DNA of 63,426 bases, the filler included, from Chiloscyllium plagiosum (Eukaryota), in NCBI RefSeq assembly GCF_004010195.1. It is 3 parts of one record of this genome, joined end to end, with 100 filler letters (N's around TTAATTAATTAA, not from the genome) between each part and the next. Parts side by side here need not be neighbours in the genome. Positions count along the whole stretch, not along the records: positions 1 to 30,610 come from NC_057716.1; 2 more parts are not named here. One strand, given 5' to 3'. Each line of letters starts with the position of its first letter. Position 1 is the first letter of the stretch. The notes under the pieces are model-generated. The model was not told where the DNA came from. It saw only the letters and a program-made list of their open reading frames with translations, and made no database searches. Positions 1-11,197 of this stretch are shown in pieces. A program made the translations under genes and the position numbers.

Positions 1-530
1 GGCCCACTTTATTACAATGAAAACACTGGAGCATTTTAACTTCTTTGTCCCCCTCAAGGGTTTCTTTTTTACCCTGTGGTACATTATCCTTATGATCTTT
101 ACTGAGATCTACCTTTCCCTCTCCACGTGAGGATTTCTCTTTGCCCCAGTTTCTATCCCTCATGGACTGTAATTGATTCTGGAAGCCAAACGATGTTTTA
201 TGGACCAGCTCATAATCATCAGCCACTTCAGCTGCTAACCTTGCTGTTTTAACTCTCTGTGCTTCCACATGAGTTCACACTACTTCCGCACTAAGGTTAC
301 CCTCAGCCTTTATCTCCAGCCCTTTAAGCTGACTTTCCTTTTTAAGTGTCAGTTTCTGAAGTTCAAAAGCTCTCTCTTTTTCTTTCTCAGTGCTCTCTTT
401 TTCCCTCTCTCCTGCTGCTCTCTCTTTTTCCCTCTCTTCTGCTTCTAATCATAACTCAAACTATTTCATTTCTGCTGCCCTTTCCATATCTCTCGCTGCG
501 AACTCAAGCTGCTTCATTTGCAATTGACTA
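1..530 (-). mobile_element. Decayed Gypsy LTR-retrotransposon gag fragment
   Basis: Minus-strand translation gives QLQMKQLEFAARDMEK (coiled coil), THVEAQRVKTARLAAEVADDYELVHK and a zinc-knuckle start LQCFHCNKVG at the window edge; stops and frameshifts present. Confidence 0.75.
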
Positions 531-547
531 GACTTAATTATGATCTT

Positions 548-586
548 CTAACCCTAACCCTAACCCTAACCTAATCCTAACCCTAA
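548..586. repeat. Short interstitial telomeric tract (CCCTAA)n
   Basis: ctaaccctaaccctaaccctaacctaatcctaaccctaa, flanked by direct repeats cttaattatga at 533-543 and 591-601. Confidence 0.8.
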
Positions 587-614
587 TCTTCTTAATTATG
601 ACTTAATTATTAAG

Positions 615-1032
615 TCCAGACTAGACATAATTATGTTTTTTCTGAACGTACAACAGTCCCAATAAGCAAACTCTCTTTAAAACCCAGTATGAATGAAACA
701 CTGGCTGAAGTTGAAGAGCAGAAAGAGAGAGAGTTTCCACACAGCTCCCTGTTGAACTTCCAAACAGTTCAAGACTGAACTAAAACTGCTCAGCTCAGCG
801 AGAGAACTGACCACTCCCCTTTCTTTCTGCAGGTCACTTCTAAAACATGACCCCTTTGGCCTCTAGTCTCATCTGTATAAACCAAAGACCTCTCAAAATA
901 CTTTCCATCTCTGTACCAAACCAGACTGATGGGAGCCCAGCCCGGTTTATTACGCCTCTGAAAAAAATCAAAACAGAGTCTTCTTGAGCCAAGGAACAGC
1001 GTTTAGAAAAAACATGGACTAGCTTTGTGACA
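615..1032 (-). mobile_element. Probable LTR or LTR fragment
   Basis: Non-coding block between gag and pol fragments ending in ...tttgtgaca (TGTCACAAAG on minus, a TG-start LTR-like terminus). Confidence 0.4.
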
Positions 1033-3940
1033 ACATGAGGTAAGAAGACCACTAAAATTTAGTAAGGAAAACGGGCAAGTCACAGTTCAGAGACACCACA
1101 TTTGGATTATATGTCAAACTTTACAGAAAACTTAAAGTAGCGCAGCACGTGATGAAACAGAAATCAGACAAGAATTCAAAAATTTGTCGTTTTGCTGGTG
1201 GAGATAAAGTGTCAATATTGCTACCAGTGGTTGGTGAATTGTTAAAAGTAGTTTAGTGGGATGTATCAAATTGAAAGGAGATTGAGTGAGGTGACTTAGA
1301 GTCATAGAGTCATAGAGATGTACAGCGCAGAAATAGACCCTTCGATCCAACTCATCCATACCAACCAGATACACCAACCCAATCTAGTCCCACCTGCCAG
1401 CACCTGGCCCATATCCCTCCAAACCCTTCCTCTTCATATATCCATCCAAATGCCTCTTAAATGTTGTAATTGTACCAGCCTCCACCACTTCCTCTGGCAG
1501 CTCATTCCATACACGTACCATCCCCTGTGTGAAAAGGTTGCCCCTTAGGTTGCTTTTATATCTTTCCCCTCTCACTCTAAACCTATGCCGTCTAGATCTG
1601 GACTCCCCCACCCCAGGGAAGGGACTTTGTCTATTTATCCTATTCATGCCCTTCATGATTTTATAAACCTCTATTGGGTCATCCCTCAGCCTCTGAATTT
1701 GATAAGAATGCCAGACAGAAGGAAAACTCACAGAATGTGTGACATGAATATGCTCAAAAGGAAAGCAAAATGAACATGTGTTATTTGTTACAACGCAGAG
1801 TGAAGAACCAAATCCAGATAAATTTGAATTTGAAATTCCTTAAAATAAATTGGATAATGGGTCAGTTCTCAAAAATTGAAATGAATTACTGAGTTACCTT
1901 CCAGAGGAAAATCCAAATGACGAGAAAGAGTTATTATTATCACATGGACAGATGGGTGGGAATAAGCTGGGAACTAATAAGGTGATTGCACATGATATAT
2001 GAAATGCTGCTCCAATTAAGCAACATCCCTATAGCCTTAACCCTCTAAATTTGGCACAGGTTTTAAATAAGAATAAAAGCATGCTCAAAGACAATATAAT
2101 TGAAGGCGATTGCAGCAAATGGAGCTCACCCATAGTAATGGTGCCAAATTCAGATGGTACCCAATGATTATGTGTGGACTATTGCAAAGTCAATGCAGTT
2201 ACACAGTCTGATTCATAACCTGTTCCACGGTATTGAGGAAGCAAGACAAGCAACTTATCTTTCGAAGCTGGACTTCTTCAAAGGATTCTGGCAGGTATCC
2301 TTATCCAAGAGAGTGAATGAAATTTCAGCTTTCACAATGTCAAATATTTAATATGAAAAGTGCACCAGCCACATTTCAAAAACTTCCCAATAAAGTCTTT
2401 TTGGGATTACCCAATTGTGTGGTGTATATTGATGATCTGGTGATTTTTAGTCACATACGGAAGGAACGTTTGGAGTATTATCTGAATTGTTTGATTGACT
2501 TTGGGAGGCAGCCTTGGTGATTAAATCTGGCTAAGAGTGAGTTTAGAAAAGCCCAAGTCACATTCCTTGGTAATATCATTGGATATGGACTAGTGGCTTT
2601 ACGGGATATGGAAACAAAGCTTATTGGGGAGTTTCCCACACCATCAATGAAAAGAGAAGTATTATAATTCCTGGGGCTGAGTGGTTTTTATCAAAAATTT
2701 ATTCCAAACTTTAGCAGCGTGGCTGCTCCACTGACTTGTTAATGCACTGCAAAAAATTTCTTTGGACATGGAATGTCAGAAAGTGTTTGGCAGCCTGAAA
2801 ACTGTGTTAACCACCGCCTCAGTGTTAGCCACACCTAACATTGTCCAACACCTCAGTCATTTAAGGTGGCTATTGATGCGAGTGATGTGGGTGTTAGTAC
2901 TGCATTCTTGCAAGAAGATGATAAGAAGATAGAAAGAACTATTGGGCATTTTTCCAGAAAGTTGAATACTCATCAACAGAAACATTTCCCAATTGAGAAG
3001 GAGACCTTGAGCTTAATATTGGCAATGCCAGTAATGCGGCTGAGACAATTGTATATACAGAACATAGCCCCTTAACATGCTTGGAAAAAATTAAAGATAA
3101 AATACAAGCCTGTTTAGAGGGAGTTTGTTATTATTTGAAAATTATACGCATGACAGGATGAGAGAACATAATTGCTGACGCATTGTCACGATTTTGATGA
3201 AGGAAGGTAAAGATGTTCGCAGGTGGAAGAAATGGATTGAAATGGACTATAATATGGAATGTTTTCATCTTTAGAGTCACTGGAATGTATATATATATAT
3301 ATATATATATAGTAGTGAACTAACAGAGTAAAACTAAAGGTTTTGTAAAAATGAAGCCATCTTTGTAAATTGATGGTTCTTTTTTTAACAGGGAGGTGTG
3401 ACAATGCTATGGCTTTAAGAAGTGTATCTTGTCCTTTGTTTTGAAGGAGGTTTTGAGGTAGGGGCACTGGGTTGTCTATTTGAGCCAATAAAGTAAACAA
3501 CTCATAAGGCCTTTTATTTTAAGTTAATAGAAGCGGCATGAATAGGTAGGATCAGACTTCCACAGATCTAGGGTTTAGTTTAGTTTGCAGCAGGTGTTGG
3601 GGTTTTGAAGTTGCTTGTGAAAGCTGTTATACATCACTCTCAACTGCAGCAAAAACCTGGAGTTCTCTCTCTCTCTCTCTCTCTGCCAGAACTTTCTCTT
3701 GGTGTTCTTTTCTCCTGAACTGAAGAAACATTTATTTTACTGAATTTGCCTCTGCCAAGGATGTGTTCATGGTATGTTACTATATTGGAACAGCTGTTGT
3801 TTAGTAAATTAAATAATCTATCATTCTGTTAAGTTTTCCTACAGATCTAACTGATTCCAATCCTTTAAATAAGATAAAAGTTAGCATCTAGGCTATCTCC
3901 TTGATATATGTGATGGGGTTCTTTGTTCTGGTCAATAGCA
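1033..3940 (+). mobile_element. Decayed Gmr1-like Gypsy element: integrase C-terminus, RT, RNase H, PPT, 3' LTR
   Basis: Integrase tail GDKVSILLPV...IRMPDRRKTHRMC (1.1-1.8 kb). RT motifs PIKQHPY, WSSPIVMV, LSKLDFFKGFWQV, SAPATFQ, YIDDLVIFS. RNase H AIDASDVG, FSRKLN, IEKETL, IADALSR. Purine tract gggagg then TGTGACA LTR start at 3397, running to about 3940. Confidence 0.85.
1298..1696 (-). mobile_element. CR1 LINE 3' end inserted in the Gypsy integrase
   Basis: ORF 1384-1731 IEVYKIMKG...WNELPEEVVEAGT is the CR1 ORF2 C-terminus; (GAGTCATA)n tail; the Gypsy frame resumes after it. Confidence 0.9.
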
Positions 3941-4289
3941 ATATAGTTAGTGAATACAGGGATATTTATTAAAAATGGAGATGCAAAGGAATTTCTTCTC
4001 TCAGATAGTGAATGTCTGTGATTTTCTACTCCTGAGAATTTTGGGGGTTTGATCACTGAAAATATTTAAAGAGGAGGAAGATGGATTTTTGAAAAATCGA
4101 GGAAGTCAGGCCAATGTAAAGCTGACATGAAAGTGGAAGTTGAGACCTGGGCAAATCACTCATGATCTTTTATAATGGCAAAGCTGGCTTAAGGGGCTGG
4201 AATGTTCTTAAATATCCCATGTACAGAAAACTGGACAGGTTAATTTGAAAAAAAAATTTCTGCACAGATGCTTCGAAGGATGATGACTA

Positions 4290-4550
4290 CAAATAAAGAA
4301 ACAGGCAGTGCCTTGATCACCTGCAGAGACCTATTATTCAGCCTGTTGACACTCTACTCACACCATTGTGTACGATGTTTGATCACTCTGTCTATAAACT
4401 CTGGGCCTGTGAGCTTCTCCCTCACTTCACCTGATGAAGGGGCAGCATCCCGAAAGCTTGTGATTTCAAATAAACCTGTCAGACTATAACCTGGTGTCAT
4501 GTGACTTCTGCCCCTGTCCAACCCAGTCCAACACCAGCACCTCCACATTA
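4290..4550 (+). mobile_element. Penelope-like element terminal repeat (family A)
   Basis: cacctgatgaagg...cgaaagcttgtg followed by aaataaacctg...gactataacctggtgt; related copies at about 9720-9915 (+), 42135-42305 (-) and 47220-47380. Confidence 0.7.
4427..4463 (+). ncRNA. Minimal hammerhead ribozyme motif (family A, imperfect stem II)
   Basis: UCAC-CUGAUGA-AGGGGCAGCAUCCC-GAA-AGCU-U-GUGA: conserved core, palindromic stem III AGCU, stem I UCAC/GUGA. Confidence 0.6.
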
Positions 4551-4569
4551 TCATTACAAATAATCTGAG

Positions 4570-5202
4570 AACATAGAACATAGAACATAGAATAGCACAG
4601 CACAGAACAGGCCCTTCAGCCCACGATGTTGTGCTGACCACTGATCCTCATGTATGCACCCTCAAATTTCTGTGACCATATGTATGTCAAGGAGTCTCAT
4701 AAATGTCCCCAATGACCCTGCCTCCACAACTGCTGCTGGCAACGCATTCCATGCTCTCACAACTCTCTGTGTAAAGAACCCGCCTCTGACATCCCCTCTA
4801 TACTTTCCTCCAACCAGCTTAAAACTATGACCCCTCGTGTTAGTCATTTCTGCCCTGGGAAATAGTCTCTGGCTATCGACTCTATCTATGCCTCTCATTA
4901 CCTTGTATACCTCAATTAGATCCCCTCTCCTCCTCCTTTTCTCCAATGAAAAAAGTCCGAGCTCAGTCAACCTTTCCTTATAAGATAAGCCCTCCATTCC
5001 AGGCAGCATCCTGGTAAACCTCCTCAGAACCCGCTCCAAAGCATCCACATCTTTCTTATAGTAGGGCGACCAGAACTGGACGCAGTATTCCAAGTGCGGT
5101 CTAACCAATGTTTTATAGAGCTGCAACAAGATCTCACGACTCTTAAACTCAATACCCCTATTAATGAAAGCCAAAACACCATATGCTTTCTTAACAACCC
5201 TG
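4570..5202 (-). mobile_element. CR1 LINE 3' portion (young)
   Basis: ORF 4662-5240 LYKTLVRPHLEYCVQFWSP...WNALPAAVVEAGS; (AGAACAT)n tail. Confidence 0.92.
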
Positions 5203-5846
5203 TTGGACCAAAATGGGTTTGAACAGAAGAATCCAAGCATTACATGAAAATTGGCGGTGTCTTAAATAGATTCCCCTGAGTGGAAGGCTCAACAACCAGG
5301 GCACATAGATTTAAGTTAAAGGGCAAGAGGTTTCGAAGTGAATGAAGGATGACTGTTTTTCAAAAACTGAAAGAACCATGCATGCTGGGAAACTGAAATA
5401 AAAACAGATATCAATGGAAAAGCTCAGCAGGTCTGGCAGCATCTCTGGAGAGAAAGCAAAGTTAACATTTCAAGTCCAATGACCCTTCTTCAGTTTGAAT
5501 CGTCACTGTATTCACGAAGCATCCTGTTCCATGGTTCCACAATGAGACTACATCCTGTATTCATGGGGCAAAATGATGTTTGACCCAGAATCTTCCAAAT
5601 AAATTTGAGTAATTTCACTAGTTTATGCCCATTCCCAATATTCTTAGAGTAGGATTACCACCAGTAATGTTACAATGCAATCATCATTGGTAATGATCAA
5701 ACAAAATAATAACTAGCATTGTTAGAGTAGTGTTGGCCCATTTATATTAGTTCAGAGTCAGTTTGTTTGCATAAGAACATTACCTGGCAATTACAATTAC
5801 AATAGTACCACATTAGGTTACAGCAGAATTGAAAATAGTAGTGGCA

Positions 5847-5970
5847 AAAACAGCAATTACTGGCAAAGCTCAGGAGGCCTGGCAGCATCTGTGGAGAGAA
5901 ATTGTCAACCCGAAACATCAACGTTGATTTCTCTCCACAGATGCTGCCAGATCTACTGAACTTTTCCAGT
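5847..5970. mobile_element. Fold-back (palindromic) PLE-derived short element (family B)
   Basis: Arms ctggcagcatctgtggagagaaat / atttctctccacagatgctgccag. Related copies at about 5385-5495, 8595-8812, 11095-11192, 25413-25600, 42655-42875 and 43865-44062. Confidence 0.7.
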
Positions 5971-6074
5971 AGTGATGTTAGTCCATGGTAATATTTGAAT
6001 GGAATCAAAAATCGCCAATTAGAAATAGATAAACATCTAAAATATTAAAATAGTGTTTTCACCAGTAATGATCA

Positions 6075-7010
6075 TTAGGTACTGAGGAGGGAGGAGGTAA
6101 ACAGACCAATGTTACACCTTCTGCGGTTACAGGGGAAGATGTTGTTAGGCCGTAAGTGGGCACTAGGAGTGAAGGAGGAGCGGATTAGGGTGTCCTGGAG
6201 GGAATGGTCCCTGCAGAATGCTGACAGGGAGGGGAGGGGAATAGGGGTCTGGTGGTGGAAATGGCTGCTAATGATCCTCTGGATGTGGACACTGGGATTG
6301 GTAGGAGAGGACAAGGAGGACACTATCGCTGTTGTGTGAGGGGAGAGAGGGGGTGAGGGACAAAGTGCAGGAGATGAGCCAGACCCAGCTGAGGGTCCTA
6401 TCAACAACAGTGTTCAGGAAGGAGGGGGACATTTCGGAAGCCCCCTTGTTGAAGTTGGCTTCATAGGAACAGATGCATTAGAAACGGAGGAGCTGGGAGA
6501 ATGGAATAGAGTCTTCACAGGAAGCAGGGTGTCAGGATTTTTTTTTTTTTTTTTTATAGATATTTTTATTAGAAATTTAACATTTTTACAAGTTTACAGG
6601 GGGTAGGTGACCCACTGTGCCCAGGTCTTGGGAGGAGCACTATAGACTCAGTCTTACTGGGTCGCCGCCATCTTGGATCCCCCGTCAGGATTTTTAATCA
6701 AGGTAACTGCAGGAGTCGGTGGGTTTGTCGTAGATATCGGTGGCCAGTCTACACCCAGAAATGGAAACAGATATTGAAGATGAGAAAGGAAGAGTCAGAG
6801 ATGGACCAGGCGAAGGTAAGAACAAGGTGGGAATTGAAAGCAAAATTCAGAAACCTTTCCAGTTCCTGATGAGAGAGGGAAGCAGGACTGATGATGTCTT
6901 CAATCTACCAGAGAAAAAGGAATATTCCACATACCCCACAAAGAGATGGGCATCACTGGGGCCCATGTGGGTTCCCATAGCTACCGGTTGCTGCCACTTC
7001 AACTCACCAG
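6075..7010 (-). mobile_element. Decayed Penelope-like element ORF (RT and linker to GIY-YIG)
   Basis: VAMGTHMGPSDAHLFVGYVE (PLE RT motif), LSAFCRDHSLQDTLIRSS and FPCNRRRCN Cys linker. Confidence 0.8.
6538..6683 (-). mobile_element. 146-bp L1-like non-autonomous retroposon with poly(A) and TSD
   Basis: Minus strand reads GGGGGATCCAAGATGGCGGCG...AATAAA...A-tail. TSD gtcaggattttt at 6531-6542 and 6684-6695; target reads TTTTT/AA. Confidence 0.75.
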
Positions 7011-7663
7011 AGTCGAGAGTGTGATGCTGGAAAAGCACAGCCGGTCAGGCAGTATCCGAGGAGCAGGCGAATCAATGTTTCAGTCAAAAGCCCTTCATCA
7101 GGAATGTGGCTTGTGGGCCAGGGGGCTGAGAGATAAATGGGATGGGGGCAGCTGACAATGCGANNNNNNNNNNNNNNNNNNNNNNNNNNNNNNNNNNNNN
7201 NNNNNNNNNNNNNNNNNNNNNNNNNNNNNNNNNNNNNNNNNNNNNNNNNNNNNNNNNNNNNNNNNNNNNNNNNNNNNNNNNNNNNNNNNNNNNNNNNNNN
7301 NNNNNNNNNNNNNNNNNNNNNNNNNNNNNNNNNNNNNNNNNNNNNNNNNNNNNNNNNNNNNNNNNNNNNNNNNNNNNNNNNNNNNNNNNNNNNNNNNNNN
7401 NNNNNNNNNNNNNNNNNNNNNNNNNNNNNNNNNNNNNNNNNNNNNNNNNNNNNNNNNNNNNNNNNNNNNNNNNNNNNNNNNNNNNNNNNNNNNNNNNNNN
7501 NNNNNNNNNNNNNNNNNNNNNNNNNNNNNNNNNNNNNNNNNNNNNNNNNNNNNNNNNNNNNNNNNNNNNNNNNNNNNNNNNNNNNNNNNNNNNNNNNNNN
7601 NNNNNNNNNNNNNNNNNNNNNNNNNNNNNNNNNNNNNNNNNNNNNNNNNNNNNNNNNNNNNNN

Positions 7664-7995
7664 CACAGGGAGGCAATGGCCCAGTGGTATTACTGCTGGA
7701 CTGTTAACCCAGAGACCAGGTAATGCCCTGGGGACCCAGGTTCAAATCCCAACACAGCAGATGGTGGAATTTGAATTTAATTTTAAAATCCGGAATTAAG
7801 AATCTGATGATGACCATGAAATGATTGTTGGAAAACCCCATTTGATTCATTCATGTCCTTTAGGGAAGGAATCTACCATCTTTACCCTGGTCTCGCCTAC
7901 ATGTGACTCCAGACCCACAGCAATGTGGTTGACTCTTAACTGCCTTTAGGGATGGCAATAATTGCTGGCCGAGATAGTGACATCCTAATCCCGTG
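7664..7995 (+). mobile_element. tRNA-derived SINE with L2/CR1-group-type tail (second SINE family)
   Basis: A-box-like tggcccagtgg, B-box ggttcaaatcc, tail gggatggcaataattgctggcc shared with the LINE 3' ends at 44.1 and 47.4 kb. A split copy lies at about 37440-37530, 38325-38450 and 38800-38885. Confidence 0.6.
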
Positions 7996-8009
7996 AATGC
8001 ATTGTTTCA

Positions 8010-10750
8010 AAAATAAGAGGACAGTAAAGCATTCCAAAAAGACCAACTAATCAGGGGGCAAAAGGAAGACAGGAAATAAATACAATAACTACCACAGGAG
8101 AAAAAAAATACTTGGGAATCAGATGGGCCTGAAAACCGATAAATCCGAACAGGATGCATCCTGGAATATTTGGAGAAGAAGCTACAGAGATAGTGAAGAC
8201 AATCTCACAGGAATCCTTCAATTCTGGAAAAATCCCAAAGGTTTGGAAAACTGCAAATGGAACACCTTTAACTGAAAAGGGAAGAAGACAGGTCACGAGA
8301 GGTCAGTTAGCTTAACATCTGTTATTTTGAAAATGTTAGTGTCTATTATAAGGGATCTCATCGCCAAGTGTTTAGAAACATACAATATGATCACGCAGAG
8401 TCAGCGTGGCTTCATTACGGGGAAATCACGCCTGACAGATTTAGGAGAATTCTTTAAGGAGTTAAGACAGAGCATAGATGAGGGAAAATCAGTGAATGTA
8501 ATACATTTGGATTTTCAGGAGGCATTTGATAAGGTACCACACAGACTACTTAATAAGACCCCATGGTGCTGAGGGTAGTATATTAGCTCCATATGGGATA
8601 CAAACTGAAAGGACTGTGTATGCTATAAATCACAAACAAAAACAGAAGTTGCTGAAAAAGCTCAGCAGATCTCACAGCACCTGTGGAGAGAAATCAAAGT
8701 TAATGTTTTGGGTCTTCTGAGGAAGGGTCATCAGACCCGAAACGTTAACTTTGGTTTCTCTTCACAGATGGTGCTTGACCTGTTGAGCTTTTTCAGCAAC
8801 ATCGGTTTTTGTTAGCTCTATCCGATAGAAGACAGAGAAATTGGAATAAGGAGGGCATTTTCAAGATGGCGTCCTGTAATTTGTCAAGTGCCACAGGGAT
8901 CAGAGCTGGGACCACATTTATCTACAACACAGGTGAATCACTTGGATGAGAAAAGTGAATGTACTGTAGCCAAGTTTATGGATGACACAAAAAATCTGCA
9001 GAGGGACACAGACAGGGCAAGCGGTTGAGTATACATTTTGGCAAATGAAATATAATGTGGGGAACTGTGAGATAATGCACTTTGGCAGGAAGAATAGAGG
9101 ACCTGAATATTATTTAAATGGAGAAAAACTGCAGAAAGCTACAGGACAGAGGGCTTTGGGAATCCTCATACACAAATCACAATAGGTTAGCAGCTAGGTT
9201 CATTGGATAATAGGCTGAACAGGCTGGGGCTGTTTTCCCTGGAGCTTCAGAGGCTGAAGGGTGACCTTATAGAGGTTTATAAAATCGTGAGGGGCATGGA
9301 TAGAGTGAATAGTCAAGGTCTTTTCCCTGGGATGGGGGAGTCCAGAATTAGAGGGCATAGGTTCAGGGTCAGAGGAGAAAAATTTAAAAGGGACCTGAGG
9401 GGCAACTTTTTCACACAGAGGTTGGTACATGTATGGAATGAGCTGCCAGAGGATGTGGTGAAGGCTGGTACAATTGCAATATTTAAAAGGCATCTGGATG
9501 GGTATATGAATAGGAAGGGGTTAGAGGGATATAGAGTCAAAGAGATGTACAGCACAGAAACAGACCCTTCAGTCCAACCCGTCCATGCTGACCAGATATC
9601 CCAACCCAATCTTGTCCCACCCGTTAGCACCTGGCCCATATCCCTCCAAACCCTTCCTATTCATATACCTATCCAGATGCCTTTTAAATGTTGCAATTAT
9701 GTTCATTCTAAATGATGAGAGACTCAACAAACAATCCAGGTCTCCCTCAATACACAACTTCAGTCACATCACACTGCAAATTCCCGCAACAAACTCTGTG
9801 TCCCACAATCCCACATTCCACATCCCCCCGATGAAGGAGCAGCGTCCTGAAAGCTAGCGCCTCCAAAGAAACCTGCTAGACCACAACCTGGCGCTGTGTG
9901 ACCTTTAACTATTTGATCAGAAGTGTGAATGGGATTGAAAATGGCATTAACTGTGACGGGAAATAGGAAAAAAAAGTAATAATTATTGGGGCCAAGTGCT
10001 GGCAAATGGGACTAGATGAGGTTGGGATATCTGGTTGGCATGGACGAGTTGGACTGAAGGGTCTGTTTCCATATAGTACATAACTATGACTCTATGACTC
10101 AACAGGGGAGGTAAGTGGAATGTTGGCCTTTATTTCAAAGGGGATAGAGGATAAAAATAGGGAAGTCTTGCTAAAACTATAGAAGGCACTAATTCGATCA
10201 TACCTAGAATATTGTGAACAGATTTGGTCCCCCTTATCTAGGGAAACATATTTTGGTATTGGGGACAGTCCAGAGAAGGTTCACTCGGCTGATCCCGGGT
10301 GTGGAGGGACTGTCTTATGAGGAGAGGGTGAGTAGGTTGGGTCTGTACTCAATGGAGGTTAGAAGGATGAGACAACCTTATTGAAACACCTATGATTCTG
10401 GGGGAGCTTGAGATGGGGGATGTGGAGAGATTGTTTCCTCTTATGGGAGAGTCTAGGGTCAGAGTGTCATCATATCAGAGTAAGGGGTCACCCCATTGAA
10501 GACAGAGATGGGGAGGAATTTGTTCTCTCAGAGGGGAGTGAATCTGTGGAATTCTTTACCACAGAGGGCTGTCGAGGTTGGGTCATTCAGGATATTCAAG
10601 GCTGAGAGAGACAGGTTTTTAAATCATAAAGGGAATCAAGGATTACGGGGAAAAGGCAGGATGGTTATAAGATTTACTATGATCTCACTAAATATCAGAG
10701 CAGAATTGATGGGCTGAATGGCCTACTTCTGTTCCAACATCTTGTGATCT
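8010..10750 (+). mobile_element. Old CR1 ORF2 relic with nested younger CR1 3' ends (9205-9530 +, 9532-9697 -, 9988-10100 +) and PLE inserts
   Basis: SQRGFITGKSRLT, LDFQEAFDKVPH, WQMKYNVGNCEIMHFG, WNSLPQRAVE motifs across frameshifted ORFs. Confidence 0.85.
8717..8749 (+). ncRNA. Minimal hammerhead ribozyme motif (family B)
   Basis: CUGAGGA-A-GGGUC-AUCA-GACCC-GAA-ACGU-UA: core, perfect 5-bp stem II, palindromic ACGU. Confidence 0.65.
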
Positions 10751-11197
10751 TAGTATTACTCTTACCAGGTGACTGAAAAGGCCTGACAAGCCATTCAGTT
10801 CACCAGAATAGGGGCAGTAAATGGGAGTTCTGCCACTAAGCCCACACCTTAACACTGAATAAGAAATAAGGTGAACAGATTGGGCCTGTGATCTTTTATG
10901 AAGTGAAAAACGTTCAAAAAACATGAGGCTTTGTTGTTGAATGTCTGTTCACGACATTGTCTATAACTGACCTGTCAGCCCATTGATCACAGAATCATAC
11001 CGTCATACAGCACACCTTTCAGCCCACTGATCACAGAATCATACCGTCATACAGCACACCTTTCAGCCCATCAAGTCTGTGCCAACCTGTTCTGCTCTGA
11101 TGAAAAGACACTGGTTCTGAAATGTTAACCCTGCTTTCTTCCTACAGGTGCTACCAGACCTGTTGAGTTTGGCCAGCATTTTCTGTTTTTGCCTCGA

